Both the position numbers and the translations under genes were made by a program. From the NCBI GenBank assembly GCA_965645245.1, contig OZ287067.1, positions 744,001-808,000 on the forward strand: DNA of 64,000 nt. The letters run 5' to 3'. The stretch comes from Massalongia carnosa. Taxonomy: Eukaryota. Below are positions 24,822-38,525 of this stretch, in pieces (position 1 is the stretch's first letter; each line of letters begins with the position of its first letter). The notes beneath the pieces are model-generated. The model saw only the letters and a program-made list of their open reading frames with translations. It searched no databases and had not been told where the DNA came from.

Positions 24822-27800
24822 TTATGAGTCCATCAAATTTTCTGATTCCGAGTCTTCGGTGTTCATCTCCGAGTCATTGTTACCCCATTCTACGCTTGTT
24901 TAGCATATATTTTTGAACAATGTCAATCTTATGGAGAACTAACCTGAAGCAACATCTTCTGTTTCGAGTACCGTTAAAGTCTGAAGTGCGTTGAGAACAG
25001 CTATTTCGCCATGTCAGCCATAAGGCGTTAGAAAGTCGTCGCAGACAAACATACTCTCTGCTTCTACAACAAAGTCATGGTCATCTTCAACAATATCCAC
25101 CTGATAATATTTTTGAAGGCAATGCCTAATGACCATGGTGACGCTCTCAACGCTTCTGGTCTCGACGGGTTTTTGAAGCTGGACGATTTGATCCTGTATG
25201 CGCTTTACACAAGCTTGGCAAAGCTGCCGTGCAATGCGCTCAATATCCTCGGCCTCTTGTTCGTTGTCCATGGTACGAATATTGCGGTTAAAGACTAGCG
25301 TCCTCAATAGATCAATCGTACCACTACGTACCCCTTCTTCCCAGTACATAAGTAGGGGCGGTGCCCATTGTGGCACTGTTTGAAGAACTATCCGACCGAA
25401 GAAATGGGTATTTCGAGCAATGCGTAGATTTTGCAATCGTCGAGCTTGGGCAAAAAAATCCAAATGCTCCTTACCACCGCTCATCCCAATGGTGTCAACC
25501 TCGCGAGCGACATAGGTAATCACTTGAGTCACTGTAGACGCTGCGGGAGAAAACTCGCAAAATGTAAGGGCGGCAGCAAGATAGGGAGCAGCCAAGGAAG
25601 CCGGTTCAACGCTTATGCCTCCAGTTATTGTTTTGGATATTTCGCTCAACAAACCGAGTGCGGGTTCTGCTAGAACCATCATCTGAACGATTCCTCTTGC
25701 GGCTGTGCTGTTTTGGTCCGTAGTCAGAATCTTGTCAAGAACAACTAAGGTTCTTGCCCTTCCTGGCTCAGCACTAAAGCGCAACAATTCTTCCTCACCA
25801 CGTGTCAGCATCATTTTACCATTCTTTAAATCGCGAGGTTGATGTGATTGTGCCAGAGGATTCAGTTCAAGGTCAATCCTGTCGAGCAAAATGCGTACAA
25901 ACTCTATGAATTTGATGAAGGAGAATTTGCGTCCTTTCTCCAACATTCGGTTATAGGATGCATAGTGTGTGACCTCGATCCGTAGTCGCTTAATGTGCTC
26001 AAGACTAAGGATCTCAAAGCAGTGTAACAGAAAATCTCTTTGTAAAATAACATGAGTTTCTGGGACACCAAGGTTGGCTATTTCGACAAGCAAGCCAAAA
26101 TAGTCATCCCACGCTCGAGAATGGGAATATATAACCGGCCATAGATCGCCTAATCCATTTACGATGCTTTGAAGAGCCCCATGCGTTTCCACGGGGTTTG
26201 CATCTACCGGTACACACTCAATCTCGTCAACATTAAAGCCATAGAGCCGAGGATCTTGACTGCGAAGATACTGTAGAGCAGTCATGATCATTCCAGAGAA
26301 GTCTCTTCGAACCTTTGCAGCGGGCGCTCTAAAGAGTAGGTTACGAAGAGCAGACTTATGATTGGCTACCCAGTCCAGCGCCAGCTTGCAGCAACTGGGA
26401 CAGGTACCAATAACCCTCGTTAGAGATGTAAGCATCCTGTCATATCCTGTGGTATCTTTTGGCCTGGATAGGATTTGATCTAGATGCTCCATTGCAAGCC
26501 AGATGGCTTCTTTTTCGATCGCGTGATCATCCGAGCACGTACCCTTGCTAAGATTGCGAAGTTGCTCTAATAAGGATCTAGCAAACACCGCATGCGCAGG
26601 ATCGAACAAGCAATGCCTTCGAATAAATCCTTCATTTTCAATAGCGATACGGTTTCCAAGTTCGGGAGGCAATTCCGACTTAGCAGGAACTCCTTCTAGC
26701 GATGTCATGTGGTCTCGACATTCGGACTCCATATCATTCACCCGTTGATAAAATAACATGTAAGCATTCCAGGTCTTGGGGAAACGAACGGATGAGAAGG
26801 GAGACGCATCAGCGGGCCCACCAAAACACTGGTCTGGGATGTTCGCTGGGTCGAATCGAGTTACATCTGCATCGTTGAACTCGACCCATGTAGCCTGTTG
26901 AGAACGAGGCACTGGACGCTCACGGATATATGAGTAGTAATGGCCAGATTCTGCAGTGCCTGTGTGCACCAAAATACCCACTAGTTCGAACATGTCCAGA
27001 GGCGTTGGCTGCTCTGGATCCTTGAGGTAATTGATGTGATAGGGAGACATGTCAACCATTTCTGGAAACTCAAATCTATCGTTGATCTTACTCCGCATGC
27101 CTGTCATGACGTCGTAATCAAACCTTTTGAGGTGAAAGATGAGATTATTCGGAATGTCCTTGAGACAAGCCCTGCATGGCGTCAGCTGGGCGTTTTGAGA
27201 GCTTTAAAAACAAAAACCTTTTGACGGCATCAACATAGCAACCGCAGGAGGTGCAAGAGTACTTGTTATCTATAGAACAGTGTTAGACCATATCAACTTT
27301 AGTAGTGTCGTCTAATACAAACCTCCTTCCATCACCTCTCCACCGACGTAAGCGTTTAAGCTCTCTATTAACGTCGCTTTACCTTGGATATCACACTGAA
27401 TAGCCGAGAATGGTTCGTTTCTTTCGGATATGTGTGGACATTCCTTCGACTTGATTTGCTGGACAATCTGTCCGCCGTAGAAGCTTCGGAAAGTCTTTTT
27501 TCCAGCATCTGATAGAATTTGGCTCTCCCATCTGTCGAAGAGCAAATTATAAAACTCATCCACATCCATCTGGACTGACACATCGATGAGAGTATTGTCA
27601 TAGGTAATTACAGAATCCGTAATGCCTTGTGGATCAACGGATCTGTTCATTGATTCTTGCATGTTTGCAAATAGGGATTTTGTTTCATAAAGAAGCCTTT
27701 GGGACGAGTTGGCGTCTGCAATATTAGTGTTGAGCATGAAATCCCGAAAGCTCACATTCATGAAAAGTTGAGTAAATAGGGAATTTAAGTAGCATGTATT

Positions 27801-30800
27801 GGAGAGATTCCTTAGGCCTGGATATCCAGTGGGGGACCGAATAGACTTAGATCGTTCGAAGTTCCAGTTCGCTTCATATGAATAGTCTACAAATATTTGA
27901 GCCACAGGACATGATGATGATGTATGGAACTCCTCACCTTGCGGAATCAATTCTCTAACAAGCTTCAACAGCTTTTCATAACAACCCATGTCGTTGCTCA
28001 ACGATAAAATGATAGAGTAAAGTTCTTGGCGAGTTTTGGTATGTAGGGTTGGCACACGAGCCTTGATCAAAGCATTATCATTTATGGCAGAAATTCTGGG
28101 AAATAGATGCGCGCGAAAGAGAGTTTCCATTAAACCGTCCCTGCAAAGTTAGTCCCAATATCTAGAATGGATTTTGCGAGCCATACTGAACGTTCAAAGG
28201 CCTCTTCAGAGACTTTATCAACTGGATGCACCAATGTAAGAGACTCGAAATTCCATAAACTATCCAATCTATGCTATCTCGACCGGCAAACTGCGGGTTC
28301 TTAGTACTTTAGCATACGAAAATTATTTTCCGACATACCTCGTCGTGTTCATGTTGAAGAAGTAGGTCACCCCACACCTGGATGTACGTAGTCAAGCCTA
28401 GATTCTCCCTACTAGTATCATCAACTACTCGAAATACGACTAGCGCTGTTTCGAAGAATTGTTGTGATTGCTTCGCATGGCTAAGACTGTGAGGGATGAG
28501 TACAACCAGTTTAGACCAGAGATATGAAATGAAGTCTTGTCCTGGACCCGTTGAGTTACTATGCTTAGGTTAGCTGTTGCAGAGCGAAGCTGACAAAACA
28601 CCCTCACGTTGATAATGTGCAAAAAATTCCTCGAATAGATTCTGCAATGCCTTGGCGAATATCTTGTCTGGATTCTTCCAATAGTAAGCATCGAAATAAT
28701 AGAGAACATTGATCGGCACTCTTGAAATAATCCCACACATTCTTACAATGCAACGAAGCCTCAAGAATTGCGGCGAAACAGTTGCATGTTAAACTGTTTG
28801 CTTGGGAATTCGAGACAAGTTTGGCTGGTGGAATAAGAGATTGAAGACGTTCAACAAATGCCTGTGCATCTGGGAAAAGGCCCTCCGCCAGTTCTGATGA
28901 GACTGGCTCTATCGGATGAAAAGTCTTAGCGTGTATATATAAAAATGCAAGATTAAAGCATACCTTTGAGAAATCTTAGTAAGCAATCTACTAAGCCTGC
29001 CGTAGTCGAGATCTCGACTTCAGATTCTAGATTAGCGCTTATGATACCAGGTGTAATCAGAGTAGAGGCTAATAGTTGGACCCCGCGGCATATGAACTCC
29101 TGACTTGCAGTACCCTACGAGGCTTTAGCAGCTCAACTATTTCCAAGATGGTGAGAAGTAAACAAACATTTTGTAACTGATGTATCAAGCAAGTCTTGAG
29201 TGCATACACAGAATATAAAATCTTGAAAGGCATTGATGGTGGAAAAGTCGTGTCAAGCGAGGTGTCCCTAGAACATATTATTGCGGTGATGTTTTCGTGA
29301 GGTGGGAAAGCAACCAGAAACTCGAACACCTATGCAAAGTCATTGCTGAGATCTTAAAACTTAAGATGAAAAAGCCGAAAACCCACCTCCTTCGCAAGCT
29401 CTTCTTCCATACCAAGAAGCTGATACATCTCCCGAAAATTCTTCATTACTTCTAGCTCTAGAGGTCTAAGCCCTTGCGCAGGAGCAAGATCCGGCACAGA
29501 ATCAGTGTTATGGGCTTTCTTAACGATAAGAAGTCCCTTCTGATCAAATTTCATTTCTCGAAGAGTTAGGTGAGAGTCATTAGCGAGATCCAATTTCTGA
29601 CCACCGGCAATAGCAGTGAATTTGGAGAACCCCGTGAGTGTGGCTAGGCGATGTGAGAGGTCTTCGAGAGTTTCTAACTCGCCAACTTCAATGGAATGAA
29701 TACCAGTGTTAGTTCCGCCACTAAATGATTGGTATCTGATTTGAAAGCGATCTCCCTTGGTTTCGGGAAGGTGCAGCGGAAGCTGTTTTGGCTTTTGAGG
29801 CAGCGGGCTATAGCGAGGGCGAGAACGTATCCCTTGTACAAATTCCTTTAGGATCAAGAGAGAACGCGTGAAATTAATCCTTTGGACGTTGATTTCTTCT
29901 TCAGAGGCCACAACTACCATTGGCTCGTCCTCTCCACTAGAGGTTCCATCACTAAAAGCCTTGAGTTTTGACGCTGCAATCTTCAGCTGACGAATACATC
30001 GCTCAACCACCCCAATTTGCATTGACTCTAAAGCACTTTGCGTTATGTGTTGAGTCCTGTGAAAGTCCAGATACAATGCTACTAGCATATTGATAGCATG
30101 CAGTTCGATGCCACCTAGAGGAGCTACAAGCGAAAGATGCCATAGAAGCTCACCTCCTAGAGCACCTACAGATTGATGTTCATCAAGCCTTAGATTTGCG
30201 AGACGTGACTCGTATTGCATGACTTGTTGCACGAATGACAAACATCCAGAGGTGATGAATCGAGGGTTTAATCGAGGTAAGTAATCACGAACACATCGAT
30301 CAATGAAGGAGTTCCTCTGAAGGCAGCTCCGCGTAGCTTTGCCAAGTACAGTCCATGCGGAATGCCGAGCTCGATCACTTAATGTCTCATGGCCCAGCAT
30401 TACATCCCAGAGTCTTTGTCCAGCTTCTAGTGTGATGGTGTCAGGAATATGAATAATAATAGATTGCAGAAACTCTAAGCGAATGTTCAGGCCTTCATCA
30501 GTCGTACGAGGTGTAGATGGCGAAGGGGGGTCCGCATCGGTGACTTCAGCAAATTCTTGAATTATAAGGTTGGTAAGTTCTGATTCATCAGCCAACATTC
30601 TGATATCTCTTTCGGGGTTTTGCCCCAAAAGCGCATTGATGGCCGAGACGCTCCCGGTTGCAAAGCGTGTCCGGGAGGATATGTCCTTCACGCATTCTTC
30701 GTAAATGGATCTTCGGTCATCCTCGCTTGGGCCCAAAGTCAACAAGACTTGAAGCTGGGAAAGAGCAAAATTATGAATTTCTCTGGTCCTGTGATATGCT

Positions 30801-33050
30801 AGGCACTTTTCGGCTGCAGCCTCGCGGATAAGTCGAATGCATAAGTGATAAGGGGGCATATCCATTCTTGTGTCAAGGCGTAACTCTTTCCACTTCAGGC
30901 GAAGATATTCAAGCAATTGTGTGCCGTAATTAATCATGCTACTGTCGAATGCTTCGAGTGGGAGTTCGTTGAGTTTCCTAGTTAAGTATAACAGGTTTGG
31001 ATATGGCGTTATATTAAAGAAGCCATTTAACATATGGAGTATTGCGTCGACAGTTCGGGAATCTTGGCTTGTTCTCACAGCCTTCCAAATAGCATCCGAC
31101 TCCGTTTCAGTGTACCGACATGTTATAACCAGAAATCCAATAATGTTTCCGCAGCGCGATATCAGCTGGGGATGAGACTCGACACCCACGAAGTATTCCA
31201 CCAACCTGTTTGTAAGCATGAAGTCGCACAAGTACTGCGCCACCGGATGATATTTGCTGGCTTCAGAGCGCATAACATAAGTATTATAAACCCGTACCAG
31301 CTCATGTTGCATTGTTTCTACACCTTGAACCCTAATCTCCATTCGCCCTTCTAAGATAAATTTCTTGAGAAGTTCAAACTTCCAGGCAAGTTCAATGATG
31401 GCCGGCCGATCGTTCTTGTCAAATTGACGAAGGTCAATCTTTGACTGTGACGCAGACATAGTCAAACCATTGTCCGCGGTAGCAATACTTACCAGCAATA
31501 TAGAGAGCTGCTTGACTAGGGTTTGGCTTGTTTCGAGAGACAAAACCGACACTTGCTTATTAACAAACACTTGAAGGGTAGTATCGACCATCTTGAAAAT
31601 CTCATAGGCCTCGGAAGGTATGTGACGTAGAGAACTAAGCGAAGCATAGTGAGATTCGTCACTACTCTCTAACAAAAAGTTGTGGTGATGCATAATTTGA
31701 TTCACAATACGAAGAGGGTTCCAGATTCTTTGAGCAAGGCTAGGGGTACTCTGGGATCGATCAAGAAGTCCCTTTATGGTTTTCGACAAGCACTTGATTC
31801 CGTTGGATGGTGGATGGGTAAAACGAGCAACAACGGCTGTGATCGTTGGCTTGGAATCATAATGACAAGAGTCATAGAGACACTTCCAGAGACCGGAACT
31901 CGTGGCCGTGATGTTGCTTAGATTGTGCAGGTAGCGTGGGGACACAAGATCAGTTGTAACATTCGTATCCGCGGCGCATTCGGTAATGGTTTCGCAGTCA
32001 ATCTGTGCCATTCGAGACGCCAGAGCAGTATATGCAACAAGAAAGTCTTCAAAATGCTGACTGGAGACAGGTTCATCATCGCTACCCGTGGGCATAACGA
32101 TTGACGCCCCGGACCTGGTAGTGCTAGTTTCATAATTCAGCTTCCGATTTAAATGCAAACAGGCTGATACTGACCATCGTCGAAGTAAAGCCTCAAAAAT
32201 GGAGGGTATTTCGTTCCAAAAATCACGTTCATCCAGATACATGTCCCACCACCGAGAAGCATGGGGGTCAGTGGTTTGGATGTATATCTCCATCCAATCA
32301 GCTAGAGATTTCAAGATTTGGTGGTCATGCAAGGTATCTATACAAAGTTAGTATACCATGTTTCTTGTAAAGACATTCTAGCTTACGTTTCTCGATCGCC
32401 TGGCTTAACAAAATCACCGTTTGGCGTAGACTCCGGCTCCGATCCACGAATGGGAACGCTTCCAACAAAGCCCCTTGTGTATCCTTCGCTTCAATGATGC
32501 TCGCTAATGGCTTCCATTTTGTCTCCCCTCGCTCGTCGTTCATATCTTCAATCTCAGCAACCTCGATCTCGGGACTCCGGGCGGGGGAGGAGCTGACAGA
32601 GATGATATCAGAAGACTTAGGCTCGAGCCTTGCAGAAAACTCGGTTTGACTAGACCCAAGAGCCTCGTTCTGGTCTGACGACGCTGGCAAATGTGTGCCG
32701 TTCATTCTTGGTGTGGAAGATTCGTTTTGAGCAGGGTCTCGTACATTGATAGTAACCTTGCTTGGGTTTTGATCATTTGATGTTAGAATAGAATGATCGG
32801 TCGCTACTTTAGAGTATTTTTCGGTGTGAGGTGGTGTACAGGGGACTTTGGCACCCTCAGCCGCCGAATGGGAAGCTGTGATGGGATCCGCAGACATGCT
32901 TCTGTGGGTTCGCTCTCCACTGTCTAGACGAGGCCGTTTTCTTGTAAAAGAAGTGTTGGAGTCTTCCATATGATTTCGGGGTGGTGGGCTAGGCCCAGCA
33001 GAAGTGGCACGAGTGAGTGTAGCTGATGGACCTATCGGAACTGATTCCAT
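24822..33050 (-). CDS. Large ubiquitin C-terminal hydrolase (USP34/USP9/24-like), multi-exon
   Basis: Cys box GLRNLSNTCYLNS, QMDVDEF, and His box GILVHTGTAESGHYYSYI...WVEFND. Walking the 27.1-29.4 kb region by eye joins all fragments through canonical GT-AG introns without frameshift. Confidence 0.9.
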
Positions 33051-33695
33051 TACATTATTACCAGGAAACCCAATGCCTGTAGAATGCGAAAGGATTAGGG
33101 TGGAGGCGAGCGTTAGAGCAAGAAAAGCTCAGTACAGCTCAAGGTTACCCAAGCCTCCAATGCAAAGGTGAATTGAAGAAGAGTTTGAATGGGCGTTGCA
33201 TTTGAATCCTGAAAAGAGAAAGGTATCAATCAATGTACGTTGTAAGTGATGGCAAGGATCTCGTAGCTAAGATTAGGTTAGATTGGTATTTAGGCAGAAC
33301 GCGCTAAGATCTCCGTCTGGCCGTGGATCATCTCAGTAATCTGTAAACGACCAAGCGTCTGACACGGCTTCAGCGCAACGCTAGGTTATCTGACAGTGAT
33401 TGCTATGCAACTACGATTGCAGTATGTTTGTAATGCGCAAAAACTTGTTTAGAAGAGTGGAGAATTTCTCGACCATGTTGGTGCTTGCTTTTTTACCCTT
33501 ACTAGATTCTGTATGGTAATTTTGGATATATTACGGTAATTTTCATTAGACCCCCACCATAGTGGGGAAAGTCGCCGTATCGCCGGATGACCTAGGCAGT
33601 ATGTATATATCCCTGCAATTCAGAGAGGACGCAGTCTCCTTGTTGGTTATTTGACATGAACGCTCTAGCAGAATCTTCACATTTTACATTACTTC

Positions 33696-34820
33696 ATGGA
33701 ACATACGCACGCTCGCTTCTCTACTAAGAAGCCCAAAGTTACGTTCGCTCTGAACACGCCATATTCAGAACCGCAATGGTATGGGCGCTCTGAATTGGTA
33801 GTATCATGTTCAGATTATGTTGATTTTTCACAGGCCTTCCATATCACCTGATATACAGTTAAATATTGTAGACTTGCTTTGCAGGTAGGAGTCCCAGTCT
33901 TCATGTTAGCTCCGTTGAACCTTGGAAGATCAGGTAAAATATAAAACTCATTCTTCAGATGCACGGGCACGACAAACTAGCTATCTTAAACCTAGAGAAC
34001 TGCTGAAGCTCGTAGCGCATCAAATGGGCACCTTACTGTCTTAAAATATTGCTGACGGCACACCTTCTAGAAATTTCATATATCAAGAGGCTAATTTGAG
34101 ATTTATCATAGCTTCTTGAGCCCTGCTGGAAACCATAGATTGCAGCATAAAAAGTTGTCCAAAGGAAAGCGAGGGAAGAAGAGAAGGAAAAGAAATAAAC
34201 AAACCGAAGAGTCAGTAGCCGGTTCACTTAATAATCCAGCAATTCCAGAGGTGCTGAAATTTGTGACAATTGGCTTCAACACAACCACGCAGTTTTTGGA
34301 GATGCTTGCGCAGAATCAAAGACATATCATTGTTCCAAGCCTTGTCCCAATTACTGAGCCGAAGTCCGCAAAGGACGACGACGCCCAAAGTGATGGCAAC
34401 CGGGTCACTGACAAGCCTCTTGCTGCCGTTTTCGTTCCATGTGCTGAGCAGCCTCCAATACTTCATTCTCATCTCCCACTCTTGATCAAGACCGCCTCAC
34501 TGGCTTTTCCATCTTCGCCCCAAACACGCTTAGTTGCTCTGCCCATTGGGGCAGAAGCTCGTTTAAGCAAAGCGCTCAATATTCCACGCGTTAGCCTTGT
34601 CGGTTTGATCAGCGACGCGCCAGCAGCTTCAGAGCTGATTGGATATATCAGAGCTCATGTACCCGCTATAGAAATACCTTGGCTTCAAGAATCGGCAGGG
34701 GGATTTTTTCTACCAACGGTAATCAATACCATTCACACCACCACACGAGGAACCTTAGATGAGGCCCTTAGAACGAGATATTCAGCGGTTGTACAGGATT
34801 GCTCAAAGCCCCTTGGGTAA
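33696..34820 (+). CDS. POP3: RNase P/MRP subunit Pop3-like protein, 3 exons
   Basis: Exons 33696-33778, 33834-33884 and 34112-34820. Motifs TIGFNTTTQFLE, HLPLLI, RLVALPIGAEARLSKALNIPRVSLVGL and IPWL. Confidence 0.75.
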
Positions 34821-35179
34821 TCCTACAAAACATGTCAGAGTTATGTGAGCAAGGCACGATATGTCTATACTCGCTGCCAGAGTCCTAGGTATCTTATCCA
34901 GCATTGCCAAAGAACTTCTGAATATATCAAGGTCAAACCAGGCATAAAAGTTATGTAAATTGTCGGATACAGGTACAAGCTTAGAAGACCCACATTCGAG
35001 AAGTCAAAATGTCGGGATAGAGTACGACGGTAGTTGAAAGGGGGTCAGATTAACAGGGACATACCGTCTCGTCAGGCTAGGAAGCGCGAGTTTCGGCATT
35101 CATGCATTACAGCCTTCATAAATCTGAGGGTAGGCCTTTAATTGTACTCAGGCGAGGGCTGCGGTACACCCAAAACGTC

Positions 35180-35715
35180 TCATAAACCCCCTTGGATTGC
35201 GAAAGAAGATAGGATCAGCACAAGCACGTTGATCAGGGCCCATATGAATGGAATCCAAGTCGACATCTTGAAATCCCCGGCATTGTACACTGCCCCAAGT
35301 CTGTAGTCATCCCCACTTTAGCTCCCACTCAACCATAAACCCCCAGCAAAACAACCCCTCGAATAAAAATAATAGAAACAATGGATGTCCTGGTAAATGA
35401 TATTTGGCAAAACCATACTTACATCAAACCCACCACGCTGCCCGCCAGCAGCGCCTCCACGCCTGCCACAGCCATATATATCAACGGCACAATCCACATG
35501 GTCCGCCAATTGCGCCATTGCACGAAGAAGGCGTAGCCGCTCGCAGCTAGATGGAAGCCTTCGAAAATGATGATAGTCCAGAAGAGCGTGAAGCGCCAAA
35601 TATCGCGGCTGTGGTATAGATACTGCGGGGAGTTGAAGGCCTGTTTGAAGGAGTACAATCCGGGAAATTTCGGAGTCGTGTAATCGTCCGGGGTGATGGT
35701 GACCTTCTCCGGCAT
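35180..35715 (-). CDS. TMEM170-family small integral membrane protein, 2 exons
   Basis: DIWRFTLFWT and LAGSVVGL|LGAVYNAGDFKMSTWIPFIWALINVLVLI. Intron 35301-35422 with GTAAGT donor. Confidence 0.8.
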
Positions 35716-35899
35716 TGTTCGAATGCGAAGGGAGAAGTAGACTGGGACAGGCGGAGATTGAGCTGGCGGGAGTTGAGAGGGAATTGGAACACACCCTTGT
35801 TCTTGATAGGTGCAGGACACAACTTTCGGCCTCCTATTTATACGCTATTAAGGCATTTTATGCTGTACTCTAGACTCAATTGATCATATCTTATAGGCT

Positions 35900-38200
35900 T
35901 AGGCTTCTCAATGATCTGGAAGACCTTGATTGACTACCTGTCTGCTTTTAAACCCTTCTTACGCATCGAGCCTTCTCCCCCAAATCCATCAATCCCAATA
36001 CGTTAGCAATAGATACCTACTACTTACACAACTAGTCCCTGCATAATTCTTCCCAAGAAGTTGAGCAGACGCTCGTTGAAGGTAGTTAGGACAACTTAAA
36101 AGCCAAGAGAAATGCCCCACACCTGTAAACAAAGAAGAAAGCAACCTTAGTACCTCTACCCAAACTCGCGGCTAGTTTATAAAGTCGTTGAATTGTGCAT
36201 TCCTGCCAAGGTTGCGCAATTCCAATGCTGTCGGGTTAGACCTAAACACTCAAGACACTGTAATCGTCCGTGTCGTCGAGTAGGAGCCATGAGACATGGT
36301 ATGGTCGTAGTCTATTGCACCCAATAGATCATTGCCTGTATAAACAAACCTACTCCACTTTTCCGGTACCCAGTATCTCCCAGCTAATGAAGGTATAGAG
36401 ATAGTGATTGGTTTGACTAGCAGGTTTTCTGATTCGAAGAAGAAAGCACAAGTATGAGCTCAAGGAAAAGGCTGTCGTGGGAGTCCGCGACATTTACCCC
36501 CGGGGTCGATCCTTGAAAGGTTATTAAGGGAATAGTTTAGATTAATAGCGAATCTTTGTTTCCATAGTGGCTCCCACTCACAAAACTCATTCCCGAGCAG
36601 ACAGCGATATTACTCCCTCCTTATCAAATGGAGCTATCACTAGTGCCGATCTTACACCTCGAAACTTGATGTCTGTGATTAATTGATGGGCCGTTTAATG
36701 GATGAACTAATATCGCCAGTTTTAGTTAGACTGATGATATCCAGAGAATACAGGTAGTCAGAGGAGTTAGGTAGATGAATGTGAAAAACCTGAGAAACTC
36801 TGCTCCAATCTTTGGACATTCAAAGAAAGGCTAATCCTGAGTTTTTCTAATTATCACTTCCAAGACCTGTGGGCACCACTTACTATTTTACTCTCAACGC
36901 TGGTATAAGACTTTCAGCCCACTCAAAACCCTTTAAAGGGCTATAATCCCTTCTAGGGAGAGAAACAAGTTGATAGTAAAACACTTTAACGAACTAGGGT
37001 GATTCCCCACATGAATGCAAAGAAAGAGTTTTCTTCAGAATTATTCTATAAAGACAAATAAAAAAAACCACACATTTTTCTAGAAACGAATTGTCAATCC
37101 GGAGGCAGCAAAAAGTTACACGGATATACTTCCCAGAAAGAGTCCATAAATCGCTGCATACAATATAGGGGAAGATACTGTAAACTTTATTTTCCTAGGT
37201 AGTACTTGGTTAGGAGAGTTGATCGTAATATAAGTAGGGATATAGGTATGCTTTCGACTTCGCTTTAACCAGATTCTTTACATAGAGTATTCCAAAAAAT
37301 CTGGCCTCGATATTGCGGACGAGTGCATGTAAATCTTTAGTGAAACTTCTTTGGTCCAGTCTTTCTATTTGCTTTAAAGCAACTATGGTACAATAGTCTT
37401 CCCCGCGTAACTTCTTCTCCCTGATATTTCCCCTTCAATGGCCTCGCTAAGACGAGTTACTTAAGTCTTCAGACGATAGGTTTGGTCAATAGCTTCAATA
37501 CCTCTTGCTACGAGAAGGTTCAAGAGGCAACCGCTAAGTCTATCGGATTTCTAGGCCTTGAGGGTAGCCAGGTAAGTTAAGTGATAACAACTCATTCATA
37601 TACAGTCGTTACCATTGCATCTTCCAGCATAAATATTGCCAGGATCAATCATGAAATGGTTGTGTAAAAAGTTAGAAGCAGTTAAAGAATCTTGATAGTA
37701 CTCTCATCGGCAAAATTTCTCTAGCTCCATTGTTTATAGCACTGATTTGGGCGATTATACTGGAAATATTTAGTTTCTGTTCACCCTAAAGTAGGCTAAT
37801 ATCCCATGAGGCAACTCTTCTTGATGCCTCCCACCCTAAGTATACAAGTTCTTATCCAAGACGTAAATGTTATTCGGATATTGTTGACCCGATATTCTCA
37901 CATCGAGTGGTAGCCAAGGCTAGGATATCTGATATGAGAAGGTATTAAAAATTGAGAGAATCGTCAGTCTAGCTTTTCAATTTGAATCTCAGTTAAAACA
38001 TTGCTTCTAACCTTTGTAGTAATCGACAATCTTTCTTCATGCGTTATCCGGTAACAAACTTCTCTCGAGCCTTTTCATCGTTCGTAGTCAAGACCGAAAA
38101 AAACGATCAATAATATCGTGGAAATGAGAATTATGTATCAGAAACTTACCACAATACCGAGTTTTTCGGTTGCAGAGATTGATACACTTCGCAAGTGTTT
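35900..38200 (-). pseudogene. Decayed, stop-riddled coding relic of unknown origin (boundaries approximate)
   Basis: About 2.3 kb, AT/TpA-rich, with no track ORF. The minus frame 36600->36030 reads ~190 codons with only 3 stops (LLGNEFCEWEPLWKQRF...GRYWVPEKWSRFVY...). Confidence 0.45.
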
Positions 38201-38525
38201 CACTCATATGTTTAGTAAGATATGTATTCTAAACGCGTTGATATTAGACGAGATCAGACTCTGAAAGAGTTATTAGAGTCATATATTATCGGTTCTAGAT
38301 CATTAAGAAGAAAATATGAGCTCTCCAAGAGTGTCATTTAGCTGTATTCTGTACCTCAGTTTGGATGATTTTTTGGCGGCTAACTGGGGCGTTTAACTCG
38401 TTGTGGCTAATGACCACCACCTAGCTCAGTTATAACCGCCTTAAGGTCTTTTTAATGCGGGTTCCTGGCAAGGCAGGACCGAATATCATTGCTTGATTGA
38501 TCATCGAGACTATTTCCTATCAATA

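Noticed and set aside
28130..29354. Apparent fragmentation of the USP gene, suggesting a pseudogene
   Set aside because: Manual splicing through canonical GT-AG introns gives a continuous frame.
32124..32174. Stop-free 51-nt in-frame intron in the USP gene
   Set aside because: It has ordinary length and a good GTCAGT donor, and being stop-free over 17 codons is easily chance.
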